From contig JBMFSQ010000024.1 of the NCBI GenBank assembly GCA_049967475.1, positions 1 to 56,260 on the forward strand: a stretch of 56,260 nt of DNA, read 5' to 3'. Below are positions 9,291 to 18,375 of this stretch, piece by piece (within the stretch, counting starts at the first letter, position 1; each line of letters begins with the position of its first letter). Source of the DNA: Chthonomonadales bacterium (GTDB lineage Bacteria; Armatimonadota; Chthonomonadetes; Chthonomonadales; CAJBBX01). Both the position numbers and the translations under genes were made by a program. Under the pieces are notes generated by a model that was not told the DNA's origin, did no database searches, and was given only the letters and a program-made list of their open reading frames with translations.

Positions 9291-11729
9291 ATGATTGCCG
9301 GCCTGATTATGTTTGGTGCTCTCTTCGCCATCGCCCCGGCAACTTCTGCCGCAAGTAGCCCGTCAGACACCACCGTGCGCGTGGTGGATCGCGCTCCTGC
9401 GGAAGGATCCAATGCGTTCTACCCAGGCAATCGCCCGCCATTGCTGCCCAGCCGCCTCATCAAACTGCCTCCGGGAGCGGTGTCCCCTGCCGGGTGGCTG
9501 CGCACGCAACTCGTTCTTCAATCCAAGGGCTTCTCGGGCCAATTGGAAGCAATCAGCCCGTGGTGTCAGTTTTCCAAGAGCGCATGGGCCAACCCGGCAG
9601 GCCAAGGCGAGAATGGTTGGGAGGAGCTGCCCTATTGGCTCAAAGGATATGTGGACCTGGGGTATGTGCTTCACGACACGCAGATCATCCAGAACGCCGG
9701 CCGATGGATCGAGCGCATCATTGCGAGTGCCCAGCCCGACGGCTGGTTCGGCCCCAGATCCAATCTGGCCGGCCCCGACCTATGGCCCAACATGCTGGCG
9801 CTGTCTGCGCTCCGCTCCTATTATGAGGCGACTGGGGATAAGCGCGTCCTCACGCTCATGACACGCTACTTTCGATGGCAGATGCGCTTGCCCCTATGGA
9901 AGTTCCTGCCGGGATCATGGCAGAAGATCCGCGGAGGAGACAACTTAGACAGCATCTATTGGCTTTACAACCGAACAGGCGACGCCTGGCTCCTGGACCT
10001 GGCGCGTGTGAACCACGAGCGCACTGCAGACTGGGTTAGTGGAGTAGCAAGCTGGCACGGCGTCAACTTTGCGCAGTGCTTTCGGGAACCTGCCCAGTAC
10101 TTTCAACAAACGCACGACACCCGGTATCTTGACGCCACAGTGAGGGATTACGATCTCATGACCGGCGTTTACGGCCAGGTGCCCGGCGGCTTGTACGGCG
10201 CTGATGAGAACGCCCGCCCGGGATACACCGATCCCCGGCAAGGGACGGAAACGTGCGCTATGGTGGAAATTATGTATAGCCACGAACTCCTCCAGGCCAT
10301 CACCGGAGATGCCGTGTGGGGTGACCGTTGCGAGGAAGTCGCCTTCAACGATTTGCCCGCTTCGATGACGCCGGACCTCAAAGGCCTTCACTATCTAACC
10401 GCACCGAACCAGATACAGCTAGATCGAGCCAATAAAGCGCCGATGATTGAGAACGGCGGCGACATGTTCAGCTATAACCCCAGGGACTACCGCTGCTGCC
10501 AGCACAACGTCGCTTTCGGATGGCCGTATTTCACGGAACACCTCTGGATGGCCACTCCCGGCAACGGCCTCGCTGCAGCCCTCTACGCGCCTTGTTCGGT
10601 GACGGCGAGGGTGGGCAAAGGAGCCACACTCCACATCGTGGAAGACACAGCGTATCCATTCGACACGCACATTACCTTCCATATCGGCCTCGACCGGCCA
10701 TCCGCCTTTCCACTGACCCTGCGTATCCCGGGTTGGTGCGGACACCCAATACTGCGCATCAACGGAGTAGAGGGCCGATTGCCTGCATCGGCGCGGGGCT
10801 GGATCGTGGTTTCCAGAACCTGGAGGAACGGCGACACAGTAGATCTCAATTTGCCCATGCATGTGTCCATCCGCACATGGAAAGCGAACAAGGACGCCGT
10901 ATCCGTCTATTACGGGCCTCTGGCATTCTCACTCAAGATCGGCGAGGAGTGGCGGCGGTACGGCGATGAGCCCTGGCCCGGCTATGAAGTGTTCCCCACA
11001 ACGCCCTGGAATTACGGCCTCGCCCTGGCGCCGACGGATGCTGCCGCATCCTTCAAGATGGAACGCACGGGCAAGGTGCCCGACCAACCTTTTACGCCGG
11101 ATGCCGCACCCATTCGTCTTCGAGTACCGGCCCGCCGCATCCCCGAATGGAAGCAGGAAGCCAACGGCCTCATCGGCAAGCTCCAGCAGAGCCCAGTGTA
11201 CACCACCCAACCCTTGGAGACGGTTACGCTCATTCCCATGGGGTGTGCGCGTCTTCGGGTTAGCGCCTTTCCAACCGTGAGCAACGGCCAGGACGCCTTG
11301 CCTTGGGGTGCGCCCCCGCAAACAGTATCGGCCTCCCATGTTCACGACACGCTGGACGCGCTGGATGACGGGATCCTTCCAACCGACTCCGCCGACACTT
11401 CGATCCCGCGGTTCACATGGTGGGATCATCTGGGAACCACGGAATGGGTGCAGTATGACTTCCCCAGGCCGCGCAAGATCGGCGCGTGCGATGTGTACTG
11501 GTTCGACGATGAGGCCATCGGAGGCCAGTGCCGCACTCCGGCGTCCTGGCGATTGCTCTACCGCGCCGGCGATACATGGAAGCCCGTGGATTGCACGAAC
11601 TACCCCACCACGAAGGACCGCCAGGTTCACATTCGCTTTACTCCCGTGGAGACGACGGCGCTGAGGCTGGAGGTTCAGCTCAAGCCGGGCTTCTCCGGCG
11701 GCATCCTAGAATGGAATGTAAGCCCCTAG
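9291..11729 (+). CDS. Secreted GH127/GH146-type beta-L-arabinofuranosidase-like glycosidase with C-terminal discoidin/CBM-like domain
   Basis: Signal peptide; HGVN, TETC and RCCQHN motifs; LRIPGW beta-sandwich; C-terminal EWVQYDF...TTALRL. Confidence 0.85.
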   Translation: MIAGLIMFGALFAIAPATSAASSPSDTTVRVVDRAPAEGSNAFYPGNRPPLLPSRLIKLPPGAVSPAGWLRTQLVLQSKGFSGQLEAISPWCQFSKSAWANPAGQGENGWEELPYWLKGYVDLGYVLHDTQIIQNAGRWIERIIASAQPDGWFGPRSNLAGPDLWPNMLALSALRSYYEATGDKRVLTLMTRYFRWQMRLPLWKFLPGSWQKIRGGDNLDSIYWLYNRTGDAWLLDLARVNHERTADWVSGVASWHGVNFAQCFREPAQYFQQTHDTRYLDATVRDYDLMTGVYGQVPGGLYGADENARPGYTDPRQGTETCAMVEIMYSHELLQAITGDAVWGDRCEEVAFNDLPASMTPDLKGLHYLTAPNQIQLDRANKAPMIENGGDMFSYNPRDYRCCQHNVAFGWPYFTEHLWMATPGNGLAAALYAPCSVTARVGKGATLHIVEDTAYPFDTHITFHIGLDRPSAFPLTLRIPGWCGHPILRINGVEGRLPASARGWIVVSRTWRNGDTVDLNLPMHVSIRTWKANKDAVSVYYGPLAFSLKIGEEWRRYGDEPWPGYEVFPTTPWNYGLALAPTDAAASFKMERTGKVPDQPFTPDAAPIRLRVPARRIPEWKQEANGLIGKLQQSPVYTTQPLETVTLIPMGCARLRVSAFPTVSNGQDALPWGAPPQTVSASHVHDTLDALDDGILPTDSADTSIPRFTWWDHLGTTEWVQYDFPRPRKIGACDVYWFDDEAIGGQCRTPASWRLLYRAGDTWKPVDCTNYPTTKDRQVHIRFTPVETTALRLEVQLKPGFSGGILEWNVSP

Positions 11730-11747
11730 GGCAGGTGATTCTTCCCC

Positions 11748-11776
11748 TTGACACCGGGCGGACGGCGGCCTATCAT
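11748..11776 (+). promoter_or_regulatory. Sigma70-type promoter TTGACA-N17-TATCAT
   Basis: Near-consensus boxes 47 nt upstream of ATG 11824. Confidence 0.75.
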
Positions 11777-11823
11777 TGCGGTTGGGCGTCCTGCCCTATA
11801 AACATGCAACAGGCGGTGAACCG

Positions 11824-12540
11824 ATGAATGCGAAGAACACGGTGTCGGGAACTGTAGCAGCCGCCGTTATCGCGCTGGTGGCGGGAGCTGCAATCGGTTA
11901 CTACGTGCGCTTTTTCACCGAGCGGCCTTTGCCTCGCATTCCAGCCGGTGCCATGGCGGGCAGCGGCATGGGGATGATGGGTGGAAGCGGTATGGGCATG
12001 CCTATGACGAGCGGCCCGGGCGGAGCGACTGGTGGAGGACCTAGCGGAGGCATGGAGCTGGCCCGCCTCGTTCGGAACCTGGATGTACTCCAACAATCTC
12101 AGGGCAACGGCCTCAGCGCGGAACAGGCCAAGGCGATGAAGCCCATCCTCCAAAGCCTCAAGGCTGCTCAGAAGATTGACGCGGCAACGGCGCGCGCTAA
12201 AGTGGAGCAGATCCGGAAACTCCTCACCCCCGGGCAGCAAAAGGTATTGGAGCTGCTGGCGCCCCCGGGCAGAGCTGGGGCAGGGGGCGGCAGTCCTGGG
12301 CCGATGTTTGGCGGCTCTGCCATGGGCGGGATGATGGGCGGACCTCCATCCGGAGCGCCGCGGGCAGGGAACGCGGGTGCACCGGGTGGGAACGCACCCC
12401 GCGGCCCGATGATGGGCACATCCGCCATGGGTGCAATGATGGGAGGCAGCCGGCCCGATGAGGAGCGTCCCTTCTCATCGGATCGCAACGCCAAGGCGCT
12501 CGACGACCTCATCGCAGCAGCCTCGAAACTCGCGCCCTAG
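11824..12540 (+). CDS. Membrane-anchored Gly/Met-rich protein with LTXXQ-like motifs (Spy/CpxP-like)
   Basis: N-terminal TM helix; LSAEQ and LTPGQ motifs; GM-rich low-complexity flanks. Confidence 0.65.
   Translation: MNAKNTVSGTVAAAVIALVAGAAIGYYVRFFTERPLPRIPAGAMAGSGMGMMGGSGMGMPMTSGPGGATGGGPSGGMELARLVRNLDVLQQSQGNGLSAEQAKAMKPILQSLKAAQKIDAATARAKVEQIRKLLTPGQQKVLELLAPPGRAGAGGGSPGPMFGGSAMGGMMGGPPSGAPRAGNAGAPGGNAPRGPMMGTSAMGAMMGGSRPDEERPFSSDRNAKALDDLIAAASKLAP
12298..12447 (+). repeat. Imperfect 45-nt intragenic direct repeat (12298-12342 and 12403-12447)
   Basis: Encodes GPMFGGSAMGGMMGG and GPMMGTSAMGAMMGG. Confidence 0.65.
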
Positions 12541-12551
12541 TCCGGGTGCGC

Positions 12552-12584
12552 AAACAAACCTCCCGGCCCATTGATCCGGGCGGG
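12552..12584 (-). terminator. Probable intrinsic terminator of the pgpH-corC operon
   Basis: GC stem CCCG-GCCC/GGGC-GGG followed on the minus strand by GTTTGTTT, between convergent genes. Confidence 0.45.
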
Positions 12585-14180
12585 TCACCATTCCGGCGTG
12601 AGGCCGGGAGGCTCTTTTCGATCCGTCCGGGCATCCGCCTCTACGGCCCTGTCGGCACCTCCAGTGCGAGCGTCGGCATCTGAAGCGCGATCCTGCTCCT
12701 GTGCATCCACGGGGGGCTCATCCGCAGTGCGCCGGGTTACGCGAACCTTCCGGATGCGCTTGCCGTCTGTGTCTTCCACGGCGAATTCCAGGCCGTCCCA
12801 TATGGCCGTCTCACCCTGTGCCGGTTGATGTCCCATGAGGCCGAATACGAAGCCGCCGATCGTGTCCGATTCCTCAACCGGGATCGTTACTCCCATGCGC
12901 TCGTTGAAGTCGTCCAGGGGCATGCGTCCCTCGATGATGCAGGTGCGCTCATCCACTTGGACGAAGTCGGGCTCTTCCTCAACGTCATACTCGTCCTGGA
13001 TTTCGCCGACGATCTCCTCCAGAAGGTCTTCGATGGTGACGAGGCCGGTTACTGTGCCGTATTCGTCCCGTACCACGGCGAGCTGCGTCTTGCTTCGGCG
13101 GAGTTCGGCAAGCAGATCGTCCACGCGTTTGTTTTCGGGGATGAAGTAGGGCGGACGCATGAGATCGCGCACTGTGACGCGGCGTCTATCGGAAGCCAGA
13201 GCCTGCAGAACATCCTTCACGTGCACGATGCCGATGATATTGTCCAGATCCTCGTCGTATACAGGCAGGCGGGAATGTCCCGAAGCCGTCACCGCCTGGA
13301 TGAGTTCGTCAATCGTAGCATTCGCCTCCACTGCAGCGATGTCGAGCCGGGGCGTCATGACCTTTCGCACTACAGTGTCGCCGAAATCGAAGATGGAGTG
13401 GATCATCTCCTTCTCCTCGGTTTCGATGACGCCGTGCTCCTCGCTCTGTTCCACCATGAGCTTGAGTTCCTCTTCCGTCATGGCAGAAGTGTGGAACGTG
13501 GCGGTTCCTCCGAAGGGCCGCACGAGCCAATTGGAGAGCCAGGTAACGAGCGACACTACGGGCCACCCCACCGCCTGAAGCCCACGAAGGGGCCACGCTG
13601 CAAAGAGAGACAGCGGCTCGGCATGGCGAATGGCGATGCTCTTGGGCGTAATCTCCCCGATCACCAACGTGAGGAGGGCCACAGCGAGGATCGTGGCAAC
13701 GAATGCAATGGCGTGAGCCCGCGCCGCCAACAGCGGGAGGTTCTCCAGATGGGCCCTAAGATACCGCCCGAGGGGCTCTACTGCGCTTTCGGCAGCAGCG
13801 CCTGCGGTGAAAAGCTGCAACACGGTCAGGGCCACCTGGATCGTGGCGAGCATTCGGGTAGGTTCCGCCAGCAGATCGTGGACGACCTTCGCCCGGCGGT
13901 CTCCCTCTTCCATAAGCTGCTCGATGCGGGTACGACGCACCGTGAGCATCGCCGTCTCGATCAGCACGAAGAGGCTGTTGGCCAGAATGAGGAGACCTAC
14001 GAAAAGAAGATCGCGGCCGAGCGTGCCTTCCCTGTGCGGCGCGCCTGGGGTCCCAGCCTGGGCCCCTGCTCCGCCGGCGACCATCAGGAAGAGCGTTCCC
14101 AAGGTCACCCAGGGTACAAGGGAGCTGAGCGCCATCGCTCTGCGGGTACGTTCGGGATCAGGATCTTGTTCGTTCGGCAT
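12585..14180 (-). CDS. Hemolysin/CNNM family protein (DUF21-CBS-CBS-CorC_HlyC)
   Basis: GEITPKSIA, VMTPR, GHSRLPVY, DEYG...TIEDLLEEIVGEIQDEYD; start uncertain (14180 or 14135). Confidence 0.9.
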   Translation of the reverse strand: MPNEQDPDPERTRRAMALSSLVPWVTLGTLFLMVAGGAGAQAGTPGAPHREGTLGRDLLFVGLLILANSLFVLIETAMLTVRRTRIEQLMEEGDRRAKVVHDLLAEPTRMLATIQVALTVLQLFTAGAAAESAVEPLGRYLRAHLENLPLLAARAHAIAFVATILAVALLTLVIGEITPKSIAIRHAEPLSLFAAWPLRGLQAVGWPVVSLVTWLSNWLVRPFGGTATFHTSAMTEEELKLMVEQSEEHGVIETEEKEMIHSIFDFGDTVVRKVMTPRLDIAAVEANATIDELIQAVTASGHSRLPVYDEDLDNIIGIVHVKDVLQALASDRRRVTVRDLMRPPYFIPENKRVDDLLAELRRSKTQLAVVRDEYGTVTGLVTIEDLLEEIVGEIQDEYDVEEEPDFVQVDERTCIIEGRMPLDDFNERMGVTIPVEESDTIGGFVFGLMGHQPAQGETAIWDGLEFAVEDTDGKRIRKVRVTRRTADEPPVDAQEQDRASDADARTGGADRAVEADARTDRKEPPGLTPEW

Positions 14181-15000
14181 ATGCAGAAGGGATGCGAGAA
14201 CTGGTGTGCGTACTTGGCGCGGGCAGCACCACAGCGGACACCGCACGCGCTGCGATCCTCGCCCGCACGTAAGGCGCCAGCCAATAGACAGCGGAACTGA
14301 CGATAACAGCCACCAGGGCTCCCAATATGACTTCGCGGAGGGAGTGGACGCCCGCCTCCACGCGGCTTTGCGCTAGGAGCAAGGCCATGAGCAGCGCCAA
14401 CAGTGAGATGAACCAGTTCCCGGCTGCGAAGATGATGGTCACAGCCAGGAAGAAGCCTAGAGCGCTGTGTCCGCTGACGACGCCGCCGCGTAGGAGCCCT
14501 GCGTTGGATCGCCCGGTCATCAACTTGGAACTGATCACCAGGATGGCAACGATTAGGATGCCCACCACGAGCACGAGCGTAACGTCGGGAACGTAATGGG
14601 TGGCGTGGCGCCTCATGGCCTGGATGCGCATGCCGCCGCCCAGGATCAGGATGCCGGCGACGGTGGCATTGATGGAAGCCACGAGCACCGCTCCGGCCGC
14701 AACGTCCTTGGCCAGCTTTGCCGCAGGGTGGTAGGCGGGCGTCACCATATCTACTAGAGCCTCGACGGCTGTGTTCACCATCTCTGTGGCAATCACCAAG
14801 CTGATGCAGAAAAGGAGCACCAGCATATCGCGAGTGTCCAGCGCCTCCACCAATCCCAGAAGAAGGGCAAGCACCAAGGCAGCAAAGTGGAAGCGCATAT
14901 GCTTCTGGGTGCGGAAGCAGTGAAGGATGCCCTCCGATGCATATCGGAAGCTGTCTATGGTGCCTTTGCGGCGCAGGTTTCGTTCCCCGCCCGATCGCAT
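14158..15000 (-). CDS. dgkA: Diacylglycerol/undecaprenol kinase fused to a PAP2-like domain
   Basis: SFRYASEG, EMVNTAVE and AKDVAAGAV; C-terminal SGHS and SRVEAGVH. Confidence 0.85.
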   Translation of the reverse strand: MRSGGERNLRRKGTIDSFRYASEGILHCFRTQKHMRFHFAALVLALLLGLVEALDTRDMLVLLFCISLVIATEMVNTAVEALVDMVTPAYHPAAKLAKDVAAGAVLVASINATVAGILILGGGMRIQAMRRHATHYVPDVTLVLVVGILIVAILVISSKLMTGRSNAGLLRGGVVSGHSALGFFLAVTIIFAAGNWFISLLALLMALLLAQSRVEAGVHSLREVILGALVAVIVSSAVYWLAPYVRARIAARAVSAVVLPAPSTHTSSRIPSAYAERTRS

Positions 15001-15085
15001 TGCGGCAATCCGTAAGCGATTGTGCCCAACGTCCTATTATCGGCGGCACGCCGGCGGACATTGGGCACTGTGCCCATTGATCTCC

Positions 15086-15541
15086 CTATGGAACGCGCAT
15101 CCCGGCCAAGATGGTCTCCTGCCGCGTGCGCATCTCTTCAGCCCCAGCTTCGTCGGCGTCGTCGTATCCCAGAAGATGCAAGATGCCGTGCACCGCCAAA
15201 AGCGCCACCTCGTCCTCAAGCGCCAGGCCGTGGTCTCGCGCCTGGCGGGCAGCCGTGTCCACCGAGATCACCACATCACCGAGCATCTCCCGACGCTCCG
15301 AACCGGCCGGCAAGGGAGGCTGGTCCCCGGCGGTGTCGCGTTGGGCAAAGGAGAGCACATCGGTCGCTTCGTCACGCCCGCGGTAGTCGCGGTTTAGGCT
15401 TCGGATCTCGGCGTCGCTCGTGAGTACGATGTTCACCTCAGCCCGGGACACGCCTTCATGGGCCAGGGCCCGCCGCGCCGCCTCCCGAAGATGCCGTTTG
15501 CGCAACGGCCGCTTCTGCCGGTTCAGGATCCATACTGCCAT
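15086..15541 (-). CDS. ybeY: rRNA maturation endoribonuclease YbeY
   Basis: LNRDYRG, TDVLSF and HGILHLLGYD (third His position reads D). Confidence 0.93.
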   Translation of the reverse strand: MAVWILNRQKRPLRKRHLREAARRALAHEGVSRAEVNIVLTSDAEIRSLNRDYRGRDEATDVLSFAQRDTAGDQPPLPAGSERREMLGDVVISVDTAARQARDHGLALEDEVALLAVHGILHLLGYDDADEAGAEEMRTRQETILAGMRVP

Positions 15542-17708
15542 TCCGCTGTGACGCCCATCCTACCACTGCCTCGGGCCGCGGCAGATCGGGATAATCAATG
15601 CGATTGTGCAGCATGCCGCTCAACACCCGTACGAACGACGCCTGGATCGTGCGGATATCCTTGAGAGTGAGATCGCATTCGTCCAGTTGCCCGTCTGCCA
15701 GCTTCTCGCGCACGAGCGCATCCACAAGGTTCTGCAGGCGCGCGGGAGTAGGCCGGTCCAAGCATCGTGCCGCCGCCTCAACGCTATCCGCCAACATTAT
15801 GATACCACTCTCCCGCGTTTGCGGCTTGGGACCGTCGTAGCGGAAGTGTTGCTCCAGCACGGGATCGGCTACGCCTCCACAGCCCTCGATAACGGCCTGG
15901 TTGTAAAAGTATCGGATGAGGCTCGTGCCGTGGTGTTCCGCGATGATGGCCTTGATTTGGCGCGGCAGCCTGTGCTCGTCGGCAAGGTGCAGGCCGTCGC
16001 GCACATGGGATGCGATGATGAGCGCCGAGAGGGATGGGTTGAGCCTCTCGTGGATGTTCCCGGCGCGCTGGTTCTCAACGAAGCAATGGGGCCGGCGCAT
16101 CTTGCCGATGTCGTGGTAGTAGCTGGCAACCCGGCAGAAGAGTGCGTTGGCGCCCACCGCCTCGGCGGCTGCCTCCGCTAGGTTTCCCACCATGATGCTG
16201 TGGGCGTAGGTTCCCGGAGCCTTGATGCAGAGTTCGCGCAAAAGGGGCCGTTCCGATGAAGAGAGCTCCAACAGCCACACGTGCGTCAGAATGCCGAAGG
16301 GCTTTTCCAGCACTGCTACGCCGAACCAGAAGATGGCGATGGCGATTGCGGCCGCGGCGAGCGCCCAAACGGAGCCCAGGAGCACTTCACGCAGGGTGTC
16401 GCCCAAAAGCCCACCCAACAACCATACCAGCGCCACGTTAGCCGCTGCAATGGAAAGCGTAGCCTTCAAAAGATGGGAGCGGTCCCGGATGTTGGACACA
16501 CTGAAGATGCCCACGAGCCCGCTCACCAGCGTCATCACGGTGAAACGCACCTCGTGGCTGATGATGAGCCCCGTCTGTACCGAGAGCAGGGCTGTGATCA
16601 GGGTGGCGAGCGGTGCATCCAGAAGCACCGTGATCAACATCCCGGCAGACACCACGGTCATCATTCCAAGGTACCCAAACTGCATCCCGGAAAGGGTGAT
16701 GCCGAAGAGGGTGCCGAATACCCGAAGGCCCAAAACGCTCAGCAGAACGGTGAGGGAAAGCAAAAAGAGCTGGCGCGGATCCGCATAGACGGCGGGATTG
16801 GCCCGGCGAATGTATAGCCCTGCCAGAAAGACCATGCCCAGGGCAAGCCCAAAGATGGAAGCCGCCGTCGCCAGATCAATCCGGGGGCTGATGAGGCCCA
16901 GAGCCCGGCACTTGTCTAGATGCTGCTGAGTGAAGACTTCTCCCTGGTGGATAATCACGTCACCCAGGCGCACTTCGCCGGTGATGGGTGCCGCCGAGCG
17001 CCACGCTGCCTCACGCATCTGTTCCGTCTTGCGGCGGTCAAAGATCTGGTTGGGCCGGAGCGCCTGCTCGCCCACGACGCTGAGGATCCTCTCCTCCAGC
17101 GAGTTTGCGGCCACCCTCTTCGCCGCCATGGAGAAGAGCGCACGAGCATGGGCCAGATCGTCCGTGTCGGTGCGGATGGGAGCATCCATCTGGGCATCTA
17201 CGAGCCGGCGGGCATCGGCTTCCAAACGGGCGATGGCCGCAGGCGGGGAAGAAGCCAGGTAGCGCACCTCCCGGGGTGCAAAGAGAGCGCTGAGGCGAAC
17301 GAGTGTACTTTCCCGGCCGGCTGTCGCACTGCCGCGGTCCTTGCGGGAACGAAGCCGGGCAACCTCCCGAAAGAGTTCGGTTACTGTGCTGGCTGCCTGC
17401 GCCTGAGCCGTGCCGTCAAAATCGTATACACGCCCAACACGTTCGGCCGCAAACTGGCGGTGCCGCAGGGTGGCCTCTGTGTCCACATAGCTTACGCTGC
17501 GGTTCGCGCGGATCTCAACAGGGCTCCGCTCGCCTACCTTCAGGGATATCTTGTCCGGCATAAAATGCACGGACATCACGATGAACAACCCTAGAACCGT
17601 TCCGAAACCCAGAAGCGTGCGCGAGGTGTCCAGAGAGGGCTTTTGCAGGCGAGATCTCCATACCGAAGGATGCCTCCTTCGGGATCGGGACGTAACCATG
17701 GGTGTCAC
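15456..17708 (-). CDS. 7TM-HD phosphohydrolase, PgpH-like c-di-AMP phosphodiesterase
   Basis: TM plus extracellular domain plus 7 TM; APGTYAHS, YYHDIGK, EHHG and ADSVEA motifs; start 17708 or 17699. Confidence 0.88.
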   Translation of the reverse strand: MTPMVTSRSRRRHPSVWRSRLQKPSLDTSRTLLGFGTVLGLFIVMSVHFMPDKISLKVGERSPVEIRANRSVSYVDTEATLRHRQFAAERVGRVYDFDGTAQAQAASTVTELFREVARLRSRKDRGSATAGRESTLVRLSALFAPREVRYLASSPPAAIARLEADARRLVDAQMDAPIRTDTDDLAHARALFSMAAKRVAANSLEERILSVVGEQALRPNQIFDRRKTEQMREAAWRSAAPITGEVRLGDVIIHQGEVFTQQHLDKCRALGLISPRIDLATAASIFGLALGMVFLAGLYIRRANPAVYADPRQLFLLSLTVLLSVLGLRVFGTLFGITLSGMQFGYLGMMTVVSAGMLITVLLDAPLATLITALLSVQTGLIISHEVRFTVMTLVSGLVGIFSVSNIRDRSHLLKATLSIAAANVALVWLLGGLLGDTLREVLLGSVWALAAAAIAIAIFWFGVAVLEKPFGILTHVWLLELSSSERPLLRELCIKAPGTYAHSIMVGNLAEAAAEAVGANALFCRVASYYHDIGKMRRPHCFVENQRAGNIHERLNPSLSALIIASHVRDGLHLADEHRLPRQIKAIIAEHHGTSLIRYFYNQAVIEGCGGVADPVLEQHFRYDGPKPQTRESGIIMLADSVEAAARCLDRPTPARLQNLVDALVREKLADGQLDECDLTLKDIRTIQASFVRVLSGMLHNRIDYPDLPRPEAVVGWASQRNGSMDPEPAEAAVAQTASSGGGAAGPGP

Positions 17709-17839
17709 CGAGCGGACGGGCTTGCCGGACTTCCGTGCACGGAAGCAAAACTCGGCCGCCTCCTTGCCCGCAATTCGGCACCGAGGGACCTCTTCGGTGC
17801 AATCATTGAGTAAGGAACTTGCTTTGGAACTTGATTGCT

Positions 17840-17868
17840 ATTATAGCAAGGCTAACGCAGGATGTCAA
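17840..17868 (-). promoter_or_regulatory. Consensus sigma70 promoter TTGACA-N17-TATAAT with extended -10 TG
   Basis: Exact consensus; the -35 box contains the TGA stop of the upstream receiver gene. Confidence 0.85.
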
Positions 17869-18257
17869 TTTGCCAGCACCGCATGGATCTTCTCCAAAAG
17901 CCGTTCGGAACTGAAGGGCTTGAGGATCACGTCTTTGGCGCCGCACTCCAGGAGATCTGCCAGATCCCTCTCATCGTAAAAGCCTGTGGTTACCAGGATG
18001 CGCGCCGAAGGATCCACGCGCAGGAGGTCTTGGACCAGTCCGCGCCCGCTGCCGCCACCGAGCATCAGATCGGTTATGACGAGGGCAATCTCGGTGCCCC
18101 GGGAACGGTAGATCTCCAAAGCATCCGAGCAGCTCGCAGCCGACACCGCGTTGAAGCCGGCCCGCTCTACCATCCGTTTGAGTAAATCCGTAAGTACCTC
18201 ATCGTCATCAATGATGAGGATCGTCCCGGCGCGTCGAGACGCCGCATTGGTTGTCAT
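17865..18257 (-). CDS. Single-domain response regulator (receiver only)
   Basis: GGAGG RBS; IIDDD, ITDL (phospho-Asp), TTG and KPF. Confidence 0.88.
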   Translation of the reverse strand: MTTNAASRRAGTILIIDDDEVLTDLLKRMVERAGFNAVSAASCSDALEIYRSRGTEIALVITDLMLGGGSGRGLVQDLLRVDPSARILVTTGFYDERDLADLLECGAKDVILKPFSSERLLEKIHAVLAN

Positions 18258-18310
18258 GGTTTCCTCCGGTCCTATCCAAGCCGCAGTTCGTATACGTGTC
18301 GCACCTCTCT

Positions 18311-18338
18311 GTTCGTCACAAGCAATGACACCGCCTGC
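18311..18338 (-). promoter_or_regulatory. Putative SigH-like promoter GCAGGC-N18-GAAC
   Basis: Recurring motif, upstream of the receiver gene. Confidence 0.4.
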
Positions 18339-18375
18339 CGAGCGGCCAAAATCCGGCAAAAGCACGGGCATAGCG

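Noticed and set aside
12825..14300. 491-aa ORF; likewise 7260-8480, 18151-19248, 33254-34534, 45157-46116 and 47138-48451
   Set aside because: All lie antisense to well-supported genes and have no recognisable domains
15456..15541. 86-nt pgpH/ybeY overlap as a frameshift or pseudogene
   Set aside because: Both proteins retain their domains; the overlap only adds a low-complexity tail
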